IMG/VR virus record: IMGVR_UViG_3300027741_000030
Span: 51,656 to 115,655 of that record
Source of the DNA: a virus
Strand: one strand, 5' to 3'
DNA length: 64,000 nucleotides
The position numbers and the translations under genes were made by a program. The notes below the pieces were generated by a model. It did not search any database, had not been told where the DNA came from, and saw only the letters and a program-made list of their open reading frames with translations. Numbering within the stretch: position 1 is the stretch's first letter; each line of letters begins with the position of its first letter. This document shows positions 19,697 to 29,151 of the stretch, piece by piece.

Positions 19697-20431
19697 ATGG
19701 CAAAGTTTAATAATGCTAAGAATATCCTTGTTGGAGCTTCACCGCTCTTTTTGTCTACTAAGGACATCACAACATCAGGATACGTAGAAAACATGGAGCC
19801 TGGTACAGTTGCAGGTGTAGCTTTCGAAAACGAAACTACAACAGGAACACCAGTAGTTAAGACAGCAGGAAAGTCTTATACAGATACTCTTAATGCAGAT
19901 TCAACAAACAAATTCCGTAACGTAGGTTACACAAACAACGGTCTTCAAATTACTTACAACCCATCATACGGTTCAGTAACAGTAGATCAGCTTCTTGATA
20001 CAGCAAAGCTTTTCAAGGAGACAATGGAAGTTATGATCGCTACAGAAATGGCAGAAGGTACTCTTGAGAACATTCTTGCTGTATTTGGTCAGGGAACATC
20101 AACTCTTAACGATTCAGGAACAGGTGTATCTGCAAAGCGCACACTTGGTCTTGAAGCAGGTGCTCTTGGACAGGCTCCAAATGAGCGTCAATTAGTTGCA
20201 GTCGGTGCAGCACCACAAGGTGGATCAGCATCAGCTGACGGTACACTTGGTTTAATTACTGAGCGTGTATATTATGCACGTCGTGTTCTTTCTGTACAAC
20301 AGTCACAGTTCTCTTTGGCTCGTAACGCAGCAACAACATTCCCAGTAACATTCCGTTTGCTTCCAGACGGTGCTAAGTCAGGTCAGGAATACGGACTAAT
20401 TATTGACCGTATCCTTTCAACTCACGCATAA
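19697..20431 (+). CDS. Major tail protein
   Basis: NILVGA...VGYTNNGLQITYNP...VDQLLD...TEMAEGTLEN...FPVTFRLLP; strong SD AGGAGG. Confidence 0.85.
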   Translation: MAKFNNAKNILVGASPLFLSTKDITTSGYVENMEPGTVAGVAFENETTTGTPVVKTAGKSYTDTLNADSTNKFRNVGYTNNGLQITYNPSYGSVTVDQLLDTAKLFKETMEVMIATEMAEGTLENILAVFGQGTSTLNDSGTGVSAKRTLGLEAGALGQAPNERQLVAVGAAPQGGSASADGTLGLITERVYYARRVLSVQQSQFSLARNAATTFPVTFRLLPDGAKSGQEYGLIIDRILSTHA

Positions 20432-20454
20432 TTAATACAAATTAATTAATAGAT

Positions 20455-20494
20455 GCCCCCCAAGAAATTGGGGGGTTTCTTATTGCTCTTATAT
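20455..20494 (+). terminator. Rho-independent terminator
   Basis: CCCCCCAA-GAAA-TTGGGGGG followed by TTTCTTATT. Confidence 0.8.
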
Positions 20495-20540
20495 TTTGCA
20501 TATGATACAATAATTAAGACAGAATCCTAGGAGGATTAAA

Positions 20541-20873
20541 TTGGCAACTACAGTATATGATGTTGAAGAAATTCAACTACAAAATGGCGCAACAGTTAAG
20601 CTCAAGCCTTTAACAATTAAAGAGCTTCGTGAGTTTATGAAAGTCATTCAAAGAACACAAGAAGTTACATCAGAAGATGAAACATTAACAATTCTTATTG
20701 AGGCATGTGGAGTAGCTTTAAAAAAGCAGCTTCCAGACCTAGTAGCAGATAAAGACGCATTTGAAGACACACTTGACGTTCCAACTATCAACCGCATTTT
20801 AGAAGTTTGCGGAGGAATTAAGATGGACGACCCAAACCAACTAGCGGCAGCAGTACTGGCTGGTCAGAACTAG
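20541..20873 (+). CDS. Tail assembly chaperone (gpG-like)
   Basis: TTG start with AGGAGG; located between major tail and tape measure genes; upstream promoter TTGCTC-N17-TACAAT (20483-20511). Confidence 0.8.
   Translation: MATTVYDVEEIQLQNGATVKLKPLTIKELREFMKVIQRTQEVTSEDETLTILIEACGVALKKQLPDLVADKDAFEDTLDVPTINRILEVCGGIKMDDPNQLAAAVLAGQN
20831..20837 (+). promoter_or_regulatory. Programmed -1 frameshift slippery site C CCA AAC
   Basis: X XXY YYZ heptamer in the chaperone frame; the -1 frame is open from 20822 (after TAA 20819-21) to 21205. Confidence 0.75.
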
Positions 20874-21205
20874 ATCTAGCCGCTTTAGAAGGGGAAGTTT
20901 TTCTTCTTGGTAATTGGATAAATTACGAACAACTAGAAGACAATCTTTCAATGCCAGAGTTAATCCAGACTTTTAAATCAATGCAAAAAACTGAATCAGA
21001 AAAAAGAAAATTCTTAGCTTCAATTCAGGGTGTAGATTTAAATGAAAACAGTAATCAAAATGAGGAGGGATCTTCCTTCGAAGATGTTAGAAGAAGAGCA
21101 CTTGGTATAAATGCATCAGCAGATGATGTTGTTTCACTACAAGGTTCATTTGCCAGCGAAGCTGGTTTCGGCATTGGAGCAGGATTAGGATACTCTATAG
21201 AGTAA
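20837..21205 (+). CDS. Frameshifted extension of tail assembly chaperone (gpGT-like)
   Basis: The -1 frame reads PTSGSSTGWSELDLAALEGEVFLLGNW...MPELIQ..., extending the 20951 ORF upstream to the slippery site. Confidence 0.75.
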   Translation, partial: PTSGSSTGWSELDLAALEGEVFLLGNWINYEQLEDNLSMPELIQTFKSMQKTESEKRKFLASIQGVDLNENSNQNEEGSSFEDVRRRALGINASADDVVSLQGSFASEAGFGIGAGLGYSIE

Positions 21206-21214
21206 TATAAGTAT

Positions 21215-24200
21215 ATGGCAGATAATTTAATCACGACCAATATTACCGCCAATGCAGACTTTACGAGTTTAAAAACTCAATTAGCTGCAGTTACTGCCCA
21301 ACTCATAAAACTTCAAGAAACAACTGCTGGAACAAACGCAAAACTTGCAAATCAAATTGCAGTAATGAACAAGTCTTTTGCAGAGACTATGCGTTCTACT
21401 GGACAGTTTTCCTCACATTTTGTTTCTTTAACTTCAGACGTAGAAAAGTTTGGAAAGAATTTAGATCGTGGCCGTCTTAAATTAAATGATTACTATAATA
21501 CTTGGAACGGCCACACTAAAAAAACAAGCAATTTAATTAAAGATCTTGCAAAACAGCAAGTAATGCTTGAACAATCGATTATTCAACCATTAGGCAAAAA
21601 TGCACAAGGTCTAATGCAATACAATATAATGGTTGCAAAAGGTCTTGATGAAATAAAAAACAAAACAGCTTTAGCTAGACAAGAAGCTGCAATTATGAAT
21701 AAGGTCATGCAAGACGGAGCTGGCCAATTAATTAACTGGGGTAAAAATACACAGTGGGCAGGCCGTCAGCTTACTGTAGGACTTACAGTGCCTCTTGTTG
21801 CATTTGGCGCAGCAGCACAGAAAGCATTTAGAGAAGCAGATGCAGAGCTTGTAAGATTAACAAAAGTTTATGGCGGATTAGCAGCAACTTCATCTCAAGA
21901 TTTAGCGCAAGTTAGAAAAGATGTAAGCGCAACTGCAAAAGAAATTGCTAGCTCATATGGAGTTGCTTATAAAGATACAATATCTTTAGCTGCAGATTTA
22001 GCAGCAACAGGTAAACAAGGAAATGATTTACTTCAAGCAACTCAACAAACAACAAGGCTTGCAGTACTTGGTGAAGTAGACAGACAAGATGCTATGAAAG
22101 CAACTCTTGCTATTCAAAATGCATTTAAACAAAATACAGATCAGCTAACAGAATCAATTGATTTTCTTAACGCAGTTGAAAACCAAACATCTACAAGCCT
22201 TGCAGATTTAACAGAGGCAATTCCAAAAGCTGGTCCAGTAATTAAATCTTTAGGCGGAGATGTAAAAGATTTAGCTTTGTATCTTACAGCAATGAAAGAA
22301 GGAGGAGTTAATGCTGCAGAAGGTGCAAATGCAATTAAATCAGCAATGGCTTCTCTTATTAATCCAACAAAGGTTGCAACAGAGATGTTTGCTTCTTTTG
22401 GAATTGATCTTAGGGGAATAGTAACAAAAGACGCTGGAGATTTAACACAAACAATTTTAGATTTGCAATCAGCATTAGATGGGTTAAATCCATTAGATAA
22501 ATCAAGAGCAATTGAACAACTTTTTGGCAAATTTCAATTTGCTAGAATGTCAGCGTTATTTGAAAACTTAGGAAAATCTGGATCACAAACTCTTCAAGTT
22601 ATGGATCTTATGAAAGCAAGTGCATCAGACCTTGCTAATATATCTTCACGAGAATTAAAGTTGATGACAGAATCAGCATCAGGACAGTTTAAGCGAGCCT
22701 GGGCTTCTGTTCAGGCAGACCTAGCTTCTACTGGAGAACAATTCTTAAGAGTAAGTACAAAAGTATTAAATGTTGTAGATAAAATAATAAAGTTTTTTGA
22801 AAACTTACCAAAACCAATTAAAACATTTTTAAATGTTTTGGGAGGAATTACAGCAGTTACTGGACCAATAATCATGCTTACTGGTGTTTTAGGAAATTTC
22901 CTTGGATACATAATTAAAGGTATATTTCATTTAAAGCAATTAGGAAAAGGTGGGCAAGGGTTTAAACTTCTTACACCTGAAATTATGGCAGCGGAAGCTG
23001 CAGCAAAAGGACTTGCAACATCATTTTATAGTGATTCAGAAGCAACAATTGTTTTATCTAATGCTGTAAATACACTTGCAGAATCATTTGCTAATCTTGA
23101 AATGAAAGCAAATGCTGCAAAAGTTGCTGTTCAACCAGCAGTTACAACTGTTGCAGGAAATGCTGTAGCACCAGGAGTTTTTGGACAACGAGTAGTTGAT
23201 AAAAATAATCCATTAATTGGTGCACCTTATTCAAGAGATATGTCACATTTGATTCCAACTCAGATGCCACAGGCGGGAACAATTTTTGGAACAGTGCCAG
23301 GAGCTGGACCAGTAAACGTTAGAATTGGAAAAAATCCTCAAGCCTACATGGATCAGGATATGCCAAAGATTCCTGGGGTCACTTCAGTAAATAATGTTTC
23401 CACTGGAATTGTTGCTTCAGAAGCTGCAAAATGGCATGCAATGACTGCAGCAATTGCAATGCAATCAGAAGCAGAAATTAAATTACTTAAAACAGAAGTT
23501 ATGGCTACAGGAACTGTAACTGAAAGTTTATCTCAATCTTACCAAGCACTTCTCCCACAATTTTCTGAAATCACACAATTAGCAGCAGCTGAAACAAAAG
23601 CAATTGTTGCAGATTTACAAGCAAGTAAAATAACTGTTGATGAAGCTAGAGCAAAAGTTATTCAAATGAATGCAACTGTTGAAGCAATGCTTGCAGAAAC
23701 TGCAGCAGCCACAGCAGCTGGAATGGGAAGAACTGTTAATTTAACAACCGTTCCACTTACATCACAGCCAGTAGTTGATCCAGCTACAGGAAAATCAAAC
23801 ATGAAAGAAATGTTCCATAAAGGAACAACAAAAGAAATTGCAGATAGAATTGCAAGAGCTTTAGGCGGAGTTAGAACTTCAGGTGCTGGATATAACATTC
23901 ATACAACAAAGCCACAGCAATTAAACTCTGGAGGAAGAGTATATAATCCATCAAGAGACGGTAACATAGTCCCTGGAGACACATCAATTAACTATGATAA
24001 TACTCCAGCAGTTTTGCAAGAGGGCGGATATGTATTAAATCAAGGCGCTTCAAAAAATAATCCAGACTTAGTTAGTCTTGCAAAAAATTCCCGCAACTCT
24101 GGAGGAAAAATTGTACCAGCTGTAGTAACTCCAGGCGAAACTTATTTCCCTCCAGAAGTTGCTGAGACAATAATGCCTACACTTGAAAAAGCTAACAAAG

Positions 24201-27200
24201 GTTCAAAAATATCATTAAGAAATGTCGGCGGATATATAGGTGGTCTTGTAAAAAGATCAAAGAAGAACTATGGAATTAGTTTTGAAGATTCAGAGCAGAT
24301 GCGTAGATATGTTGAATATCATACATCATCAAATTTTGATCAGTATGCAAAAGCGGCTTCAATTGCAAATGATGCAGAAGCATTAGTTTCTTTAGGATTA
24401 AATCCAGAACAAGCTGTAAAAGAGGCTGACCGCTGGTTTGAGGAAAGATACAATAAGGCTTTAGAAAATAACAATGGCATATTTAAGCAATCAGAATTTG
24501 ATAAAGTTACACAAGAAAGTTATTCTGATTTACAAAAACATTTAAAGAAAAGATACGGTATAACAAAACCTATCTCAAAAGAATGGCGCACACTTTCAAA
24601 GTCTGGAAGCCAGCAAATGAAAACTCAAAGCTGGAGATATGTACGTGGAAAAGTTGATTATACAATAAGAAATAAAATATTTGATTTACTTGGAGAACCA
24701 GGAAAGAGATTAAAAAAAGAAGCCGTTTTTGCAAATCAAGAACGAGCACACTACACCTCTGGAAGCACACAGGCTAAGTCTGGATTTAATTATTTAGGAC
24801 AGGCAGTAATACAGCCTTGGGAAATTAATCAGCTTGCTCACGAGCTTTCAAGATATGGAGTTATACAAAATTCATTTTCTTTGTCATCTGCTGAGAATAA
24901 ACAGCAGTTTGATAGAATTGCAAAAAATTTAGGGTACTTAGATCACGATGACATGTTGGAAAGCTTAAAGGGCAAAAAGAGCTCTCCAGCAAAACCTCCT
25001 AGAGTATTTAAAGTTGAAAATGGAATGACAGCGCCATTGCGTAAAATGGTTTCTTCTTCCCCTGCACAATTTAAAAATTACATGAGATTGCCAGCCGTAG
25101 CAAGAATGCTCGCTATGTCTGGAGCAAGATTTAATGCTGGAGGAGCAGTTGGTGGCTCAGTTCGCAAAGATAAGCATAATTATGGAAAACTCCCAGCATG
25201 GATAATCAGAAATGAAAAGATCAAAAACTTAGCCAACACTGATCCAGCACATGGTGTTTTACAAATTGGTAAATATCACCCAGCTTTGCATGTTAGAAAT
25301 CAATATGTTGCTCCTTCTATTAGATATAAGAGTAACTATGAACCATTTACATGGGATAAAGGACCTCAAGCTGGCCAAACAGTATATTCTCCAAGAAGAA
25401 CTGGTGGGGTGCCAGCATTTGAAACTGGAACAATAGAAACAAGAGCAAAGACAGCTTTATACAATTACATGCAAGGTGATTATCAAGCAATTAATGATCC
25501 AGCAGTCCAAACATACCTTTCAACTTTAAGAACTAAATTTACAGGAACACTTCATAGAGGAGTTAGAAACATATCTAGCCTTCCTCCTGTAATTAGTAAT
25601 CTAATTAAAGAAGGCAAATGGGATGAGCTTGTAGGTAAAGAATTTATTATGCGTCGCTCATCATGGAGCACAAATAAAGATACCGCAGAAGGATTTGGAC
25701 AATTACAGCTTATTGCAAATGTAAAAAATAGAAATGCTGTTCCAGCTTCTGAAATATTTCCAAACTTAACATTTCAATCTCCACAGGGACCAGTACCAGT
25801 AAACGAAAGTGAAGTTTACATGGGAGGTAAGTTTAAAGTTATTGCAGCTGATAAAAATAGATTAAAGCTACAAGCAATATATGATGCTGCTCGTGAAAAT
25901 GGCGGACCAGTAAATGCTGGAAGACCTTATCTTGTTGGAGAAAAGGGTCCAGAAATCTTTGTTCCAAAAAATGCTGGAGGTGTAATTCCAGGATATAACG
26001 TTGGCGGAATGGTAAAGTCAATGATTATGAGCACACTCGGATACACGGGTGGATCGATGCTTGGAGGAATGACAGGTTTGCCAGGCGGAGCAATGATTGG
26101 CGGAATGCTTGGCTCAATGTTTGGAATGGGCGGAGACTCATCTATGGGAAGAAGTCCAAGGCCACAACCAGAAGGCCCACGTATGGAAAATGGAATGTTT
26201 TCAAAAAACTTTTCTATGGAGCATTTTACAAAACCAATAGGTCCAGCAGGAAAACTTGCAGATAAATTAAATCTGCTTGGATTATCAGGTGGAAGATTTT
26301 CTAATGTTTTAGCAAAAATAGGACCACTTCTTGCAAGACTTCCAATGGCATTTAATCCAGTTGGGGTTGCAATTGCAGCAGTAACAGCAGCTACAGTTCT
26401 CGGGGTTAAAAGATGGAAAGACCATAATGAACATTTAAGAATTGGAATGCTTCAATATAGTTTAACTGCAGAAGCAGCAAAAAAAGCTGGAGTAAAATTT
26501 ACTGATTACAATACAAAGTTAGCAGACACTGTTGCAAATATTAAAGCAATAAGAGAAAGAAATCAACTTCTTTATGAAAGCATGGAGTCTGCTGGAATGC
26601 CAATAGAAATGACTATTGAACAATATAAAAAATTGCGTAAAGAAGTTAAAGATTCTTATGCAGATCAAATTAAATTAATTAACCAAACAAAGGGTGAAGG
26701 AAATACAAGAAAGCTTGCAGAAGACCTTAAAATTGAATTAATGGCAGCAGGCATGTCAGCAGAAGATGCAACAAAGAAAATTTGGGCAATGTTTAAACTT
26801 TCTGAAAAAGCAAAAGACGCTGCAACATTTACACTAGGAAACTCTGGCTTTAATAAAATAAAAGATGGCCAATCTGTAGCAGTCAGTGCAATATCTAGAT
26901 ACAACGCTGCTGCAAAAGAAGGCGGGCGTGAAGGCGCAGGTGCAGTACAAACTGGACTAACATCAATAGATGCTGGCATACAAGACATGATTGCTAGAAG
27001 TAAAAAAGCAGCAAAAGCAGATAAGTCTGGAAACACAAAAGTATTAACTGAATATCAGGCACAAGAAGCTATGCTTAATAAATTAAATTCTCTTGAGTCA
27101 TCAAAAGCAAGATTAACAAAAGCAACAAGAGATGAAATGATTAAGCAAAACCCAGAACTTAAAAAGATTATTAATCCACTAGACACAATTGTAAGTCTAT

Positions 27201-28708
27201 GGGGAAAGATGAATCTTGCAGCAAAAGGCTTTACAGGTAATTTAGAAGCTCTAGGTCCAAAAGCAGTTGAAACATTATCTAAGATTGCTGATGCTGTTTC
27301 TGAAGCAACAGCTTCTTCAAACAAAACTGGACTATTAAAAGATCAATATGCAATGCTTGATAAATTAACTGCACAACAAAAGGCGTTAATGAAGGCTGCA
27401 AAAGGACAAAGCGTAGCACAGCAAATAAGTACTAAAGATCAACTTAAAGCTCTTCAGGCACAAATTGATGCAAACAATAAACTTGCGGATGCAAGATTAA
27501 AAGCTCTTGATGCTGCAAAACAAGAAGGAGATATAGCAAGAGAAATTGCTAAGAAGCAAGCAGAGTATGATGCTGCCTTAGCAACAGGTAATTCAGCTGC
27601 AGCACAACAGGCAAGCTTAGATATTCAAGGGCTTCAATCAGATCAGCAATATCTTGCACAGAAAAAAGCAATTGAAGATGCGCTTAAATTACAAAATGCA
27701 CCACTTGAAGCAAAAATAAAAGCAATTAACGAAGGTCAAGAAAAACTTTCAAATCAAGCAGCCCTTGCAGCTGAAAGTTTAGGAAAAATTAATGAAAAGA
27801 TAGCAACACAAAAACAAAAAATTGATGACGTTAATTCAGCAATGACAACATTTAGAATAAATGCAATCGCAGCTGGCAAAACTCTTGAAGAGTATGCTTT
27901 GACCAAAGAAGGAAAACAAGATGCTGCAGCAGTTGTAGGTGCATCAAAGACAGCGGGAATAAAAGTGCCTACCAGTGGCGGCGGTCATTACGAAGGAAGC
28001 ACATTTGTTCCAGACAAAAAGAATGTTGGATCACAAGCACTAGACTTAGTCAATCAGACTGAAGATGCTGTAGCCTCAGCTCTATCCTCAAAGGGCATTC
28101 AAATGGGTAGCGGAGACATCTACATTGTTGGAAAAGATGGAAAGAAAACAAAAGTTGATGCAACTTCATATCAAGATGGTAAAAAATCTAGTGCAGGTAT
28201 AAACAAATCCATGGTAAATGGAAAAGAAAAACTATCTGTTCAAGCATTGCAATTAACTGCAGAAAAAATACCTACAAAACAGGGAACAGAATTTTTTATT
28301 AAAGACCAAAAATACAAGATTACTGGGCCAGTGGGTTCTAACGGATATCTTCCAATTGAAAAAGCTGGATACGGAACAATGAATCTAAATCCAAGAATTC
28401 CTACAATTGTTGGAGACAGAGGCCCAGAGCTAGCATTTGGCGGAATGATTATTCCTAATATGGCTAAGGTGCCATTTTCTTCTCCAAGATATGATGTAAA
28501 TAAAGCAAATCTTAGATTTGAATCAATGCGTGATAGTTCAAGCGGAAGCGTAATTAATCTTACTCAAAACATTTATCCTTCAGACGGAATGAATACAGAA
28601 GCATTTGTAAGACAAGTTGTTCAGCAAACAAAGCAAGCTATTGGACAAGATACAAAATTAAATGCTAAAATGGTAGGAAATTCAATGAATGTGAGTATTA
28701 GATCATGA
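21215..28708 (+). CDS. Tape measure protein with inserted ADP-ribosyltransferase-like domain
   Basis: 2497 aa following the chaperones; TP901-like core (LTVGLTVPL, AENQTSTSLxDL); GGxV...YLVGEKGPE motifs; LHRG/SSWST/ESE at 25550-25813. Confidence 0.9.
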   Translation: MADNLITTNITANADFTSLKTQLAAVTAQLIKLQETTAGTNAKLANQIAVMNKSFAETMRSTGQFSSHFVSLTSDVEKFGKNLDRGRLKLNDYYNTWNGHTKKTSNLIKDLAKQQVMLEQSIIQPLGKNAQGLMQYNIMVAKGLDEIKNKTALARQEAAIMNKVMQDGAGQLINWGKNTQWAGRQLTVGLTVPLVAFGAAAQKAFREADAELVRLTKVYGGLAATSSQDLAQVRKDVSATAKEIASSYGVAYKDTISLAADLAATGKQGNDLLQATQQTTRLAVLGEVDRQDAMKATLAIQNAFKQNTDQLTESIDFLNAVENQTSTSLADLTEAIPKAGPVIKSLGGDVKDLALYLTAMKEGGVNAAEGANAIKSAMASLINPTKVATEMFASFGIDLRGIVTKDAGDLTQTILDLQSALDGLNPLDKSRAIEQLFGKFQFARMSALFENLGKSGSQTLQVMDLMKASASDLANISSRELKLMTESASGQFKRAWASVQADLASTGEQFLRVSTKVLNVVDKIIKFFENLPKPIKTFLNVLGGITAVTGPIIMLTGVLGNFLGYIIKGIFHLKQLGKGGQGFKLLTPEIMAAEAAAKGLATSFYSDSEATIVLSNAVNTLAESFANLEMKANAAKVAVQPAVTTVAGNAVAPGVFGQRVVDKNNPLIGAPYSRDMSHLIPTQMPQAGTIFGTVPGAGPVNVRIGKNPQAYMDQDMPKIPGVTSVNNVSTGIVASEAAKWHAMTAAIAMQSEAEIKLLKTEVMATGTVTESLSQSYQALLPQFSEITQLAAAETKAIVADLQASKITVDEARAKVIQMNATVEAMLAETAAATAAGMGRTVNLTTVPLTSQPVVDPATGKSNMKEMFHKGTTKEIADRIARALGGVRTSGAGYNIHTTKPQQLNSGGRVYNPSRDGNIVPGDTSINYDNTPAVLQEGGYVLNQGASKNNPDLVSLAKNSRNSGGKIVPAVVTPGETYFPPEVAETIMPTLEKANKGSKISLRNVGGYIGGLVKRSKKNYGISFEDSEQMRRYVEYHTSSNFDQYAKAASIANDAEALVSLGLNPEQAVKEADRWFEERYNKALENNNGIFKQSEFDKVTQESYSDLQKHLKKRYGITKPISKEWRTLSKSGSQQMKTQSWRYVRGKVDYTIRNKIFDLLGEPGKRLKKEAVFANQERAHYTSGSTQAKSGFNYLGQAVIQPWEINQLAHELSRYGVIQNSFSLSSAENKQQFDRIAKNLGYLDHDDMLESLKGKKSSPAKPPRVFKVENGMTAPLRKMVSSSPAQFKNYMRLPAVARMLAMSGARFNAGGAVGGSVRKDKHNYGKLPAWIIRNEKIKNLANTDPAHGVLQIGKYHPALHVRNQYVAPSIRYKSNYEPFTWDKGPQAGQTVYSPRRTGGVPAFETGTIETRAKTALYNYMQGDYQAINDPAVQTYLSTLRTKFTGTLHRGVRNISSLPPVISNLIKEGKWDELVGKEFIMRRSSWSTNKDTAEGFGQLQLIANVKNRNAVPASEIFPNLTFQSPQGPVPVNESEVYMGGKFKVIAADKNRLKLQAIYDAARENGGPVNAGRPYLVGEKGPEIFVPKNAGGVIPGYNVGGMVKSMIMSTLGYTGGSMLGGMTGLPGGAMIGGMLGSMFGMGGDSSMGRSPRPQPEGPRMENGMFSKNFSMEHFTKPIGPAGKLADKLNLLGLSGGRFSNVLAKIGPLLARLPMAFNPVGVAIAAVTAATVLGVKRWKDHNEHLRIGMLQYSLTAEAAKKAGVKFTDYNTKLADTVANIKAIRERNQLLYESMESAGMPIEMTIEQYKKLRKEVKDSYADQIKLINQTKGEGNTRKLAEDLKIELMAAGMSAEDATKKIWAMFKLSEKAKDAATFTLGNSGFNKIKDGQSVAVSAISRYNAAAKEGGREGAGAVQTGLTSIDAGIQDMIARSKKAAKADKSGNTKVLTEYQAQEAMLNKLNSLESSKARLTKATRDEMIKQNPELKKIINPLDTIVSLWGKMNLAAKGFTGNLEALGPKAVETLSKIADAVSEATASSNKTGLLKDQYAMLDKLTAQQKALMKAAKGQSVAQQISTKDQLKALQAQIDANNKLADARLKALDAAKQEGDIAREIAKKQAEYDAALATGNSAAAQQASLDIQGLQSDQQYLAQKKAIEDALKLQNAPLEAKIKAINEGQEKLSNQAALAAESLGKINEKIATQKQKIDDVNSAMTTFRINAIAAGKTLEEYALTKEGKQDAAAVVGASKTAGIKVPTSGGGHYEGSTFVPDKKNVGSQALDLVNQTEDAVASALSSKGIQMGSGDIYIVGKDGKKTKVDATSYQDGKKSSAGINKSMVNGKEKLSVQALQLTAEKIPTKQGTEFFIKDQKYKITGPVGSNGYLPIEKAGYGTMNLNPRIPTIVGDRGPELAFGGMIIPNMAKVPFSSPRYDVNKANLRFESMRDSSSGSVINLTQNIYPSDGMNTEAFVRQVVQQTKQAIGQDTKLNAKMVGNSMNVSIRS

Positions 28709-29151
28709 CTTTAACATTGCCCGTAGGTTCGGCTTTATTTATACAAGATGCTAATGGAACTTGGCAAAAGTTAACTGAGCATAACAGATCACCCATATCT
28801 TTTGATACTCAAAGAATTGAAAGAACATCTAGGATGTCAAACGGAAGTCTTAGAAAAGTATTTGTAGCAGATAAAAAATCTTTGTCTACTTCATGGACCA
28901 TGGTACCTTCATATAATTCAATGACTGTAGACGGCGGTTGGGGAGCTGAAGATTTAAAATCATTTTATTTAAGTGCAAAAGGTCAAGGTACATTTAATGT
29001 TAGAATAGCCTATAATCTATCTAGAACTGAAGATTTTATTGCTACATTTACCTCATGCTCATTTAGTATTATAAAAAGAAATGTTAAGGCTAGCTCTTCT
29101 GACACGCCACAGCTTTTTTGGGATGTATCTATTTCATTGGAAGAAGTATAA
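28705..29151 (+). CDS. Distal tail-like minor tail protein
   Basis: ATGA overlap with TMP; RMSNGSLRK...WDVSISLEEV. Confidence 0.6.
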   Translation: MTLTLPVGSALFIQDANGTWQKLTEHNRSPISFDTQRIERTSRMSNGSLRKVFVADKKSLSTSWTMVPSYNSMTVDGGWGAEDLKSFYLSAKGQGTFNVRIAYNLSRTEDFIATFTSCSFSIIKRNVKASSSDTPQLFWDVSISLEEV

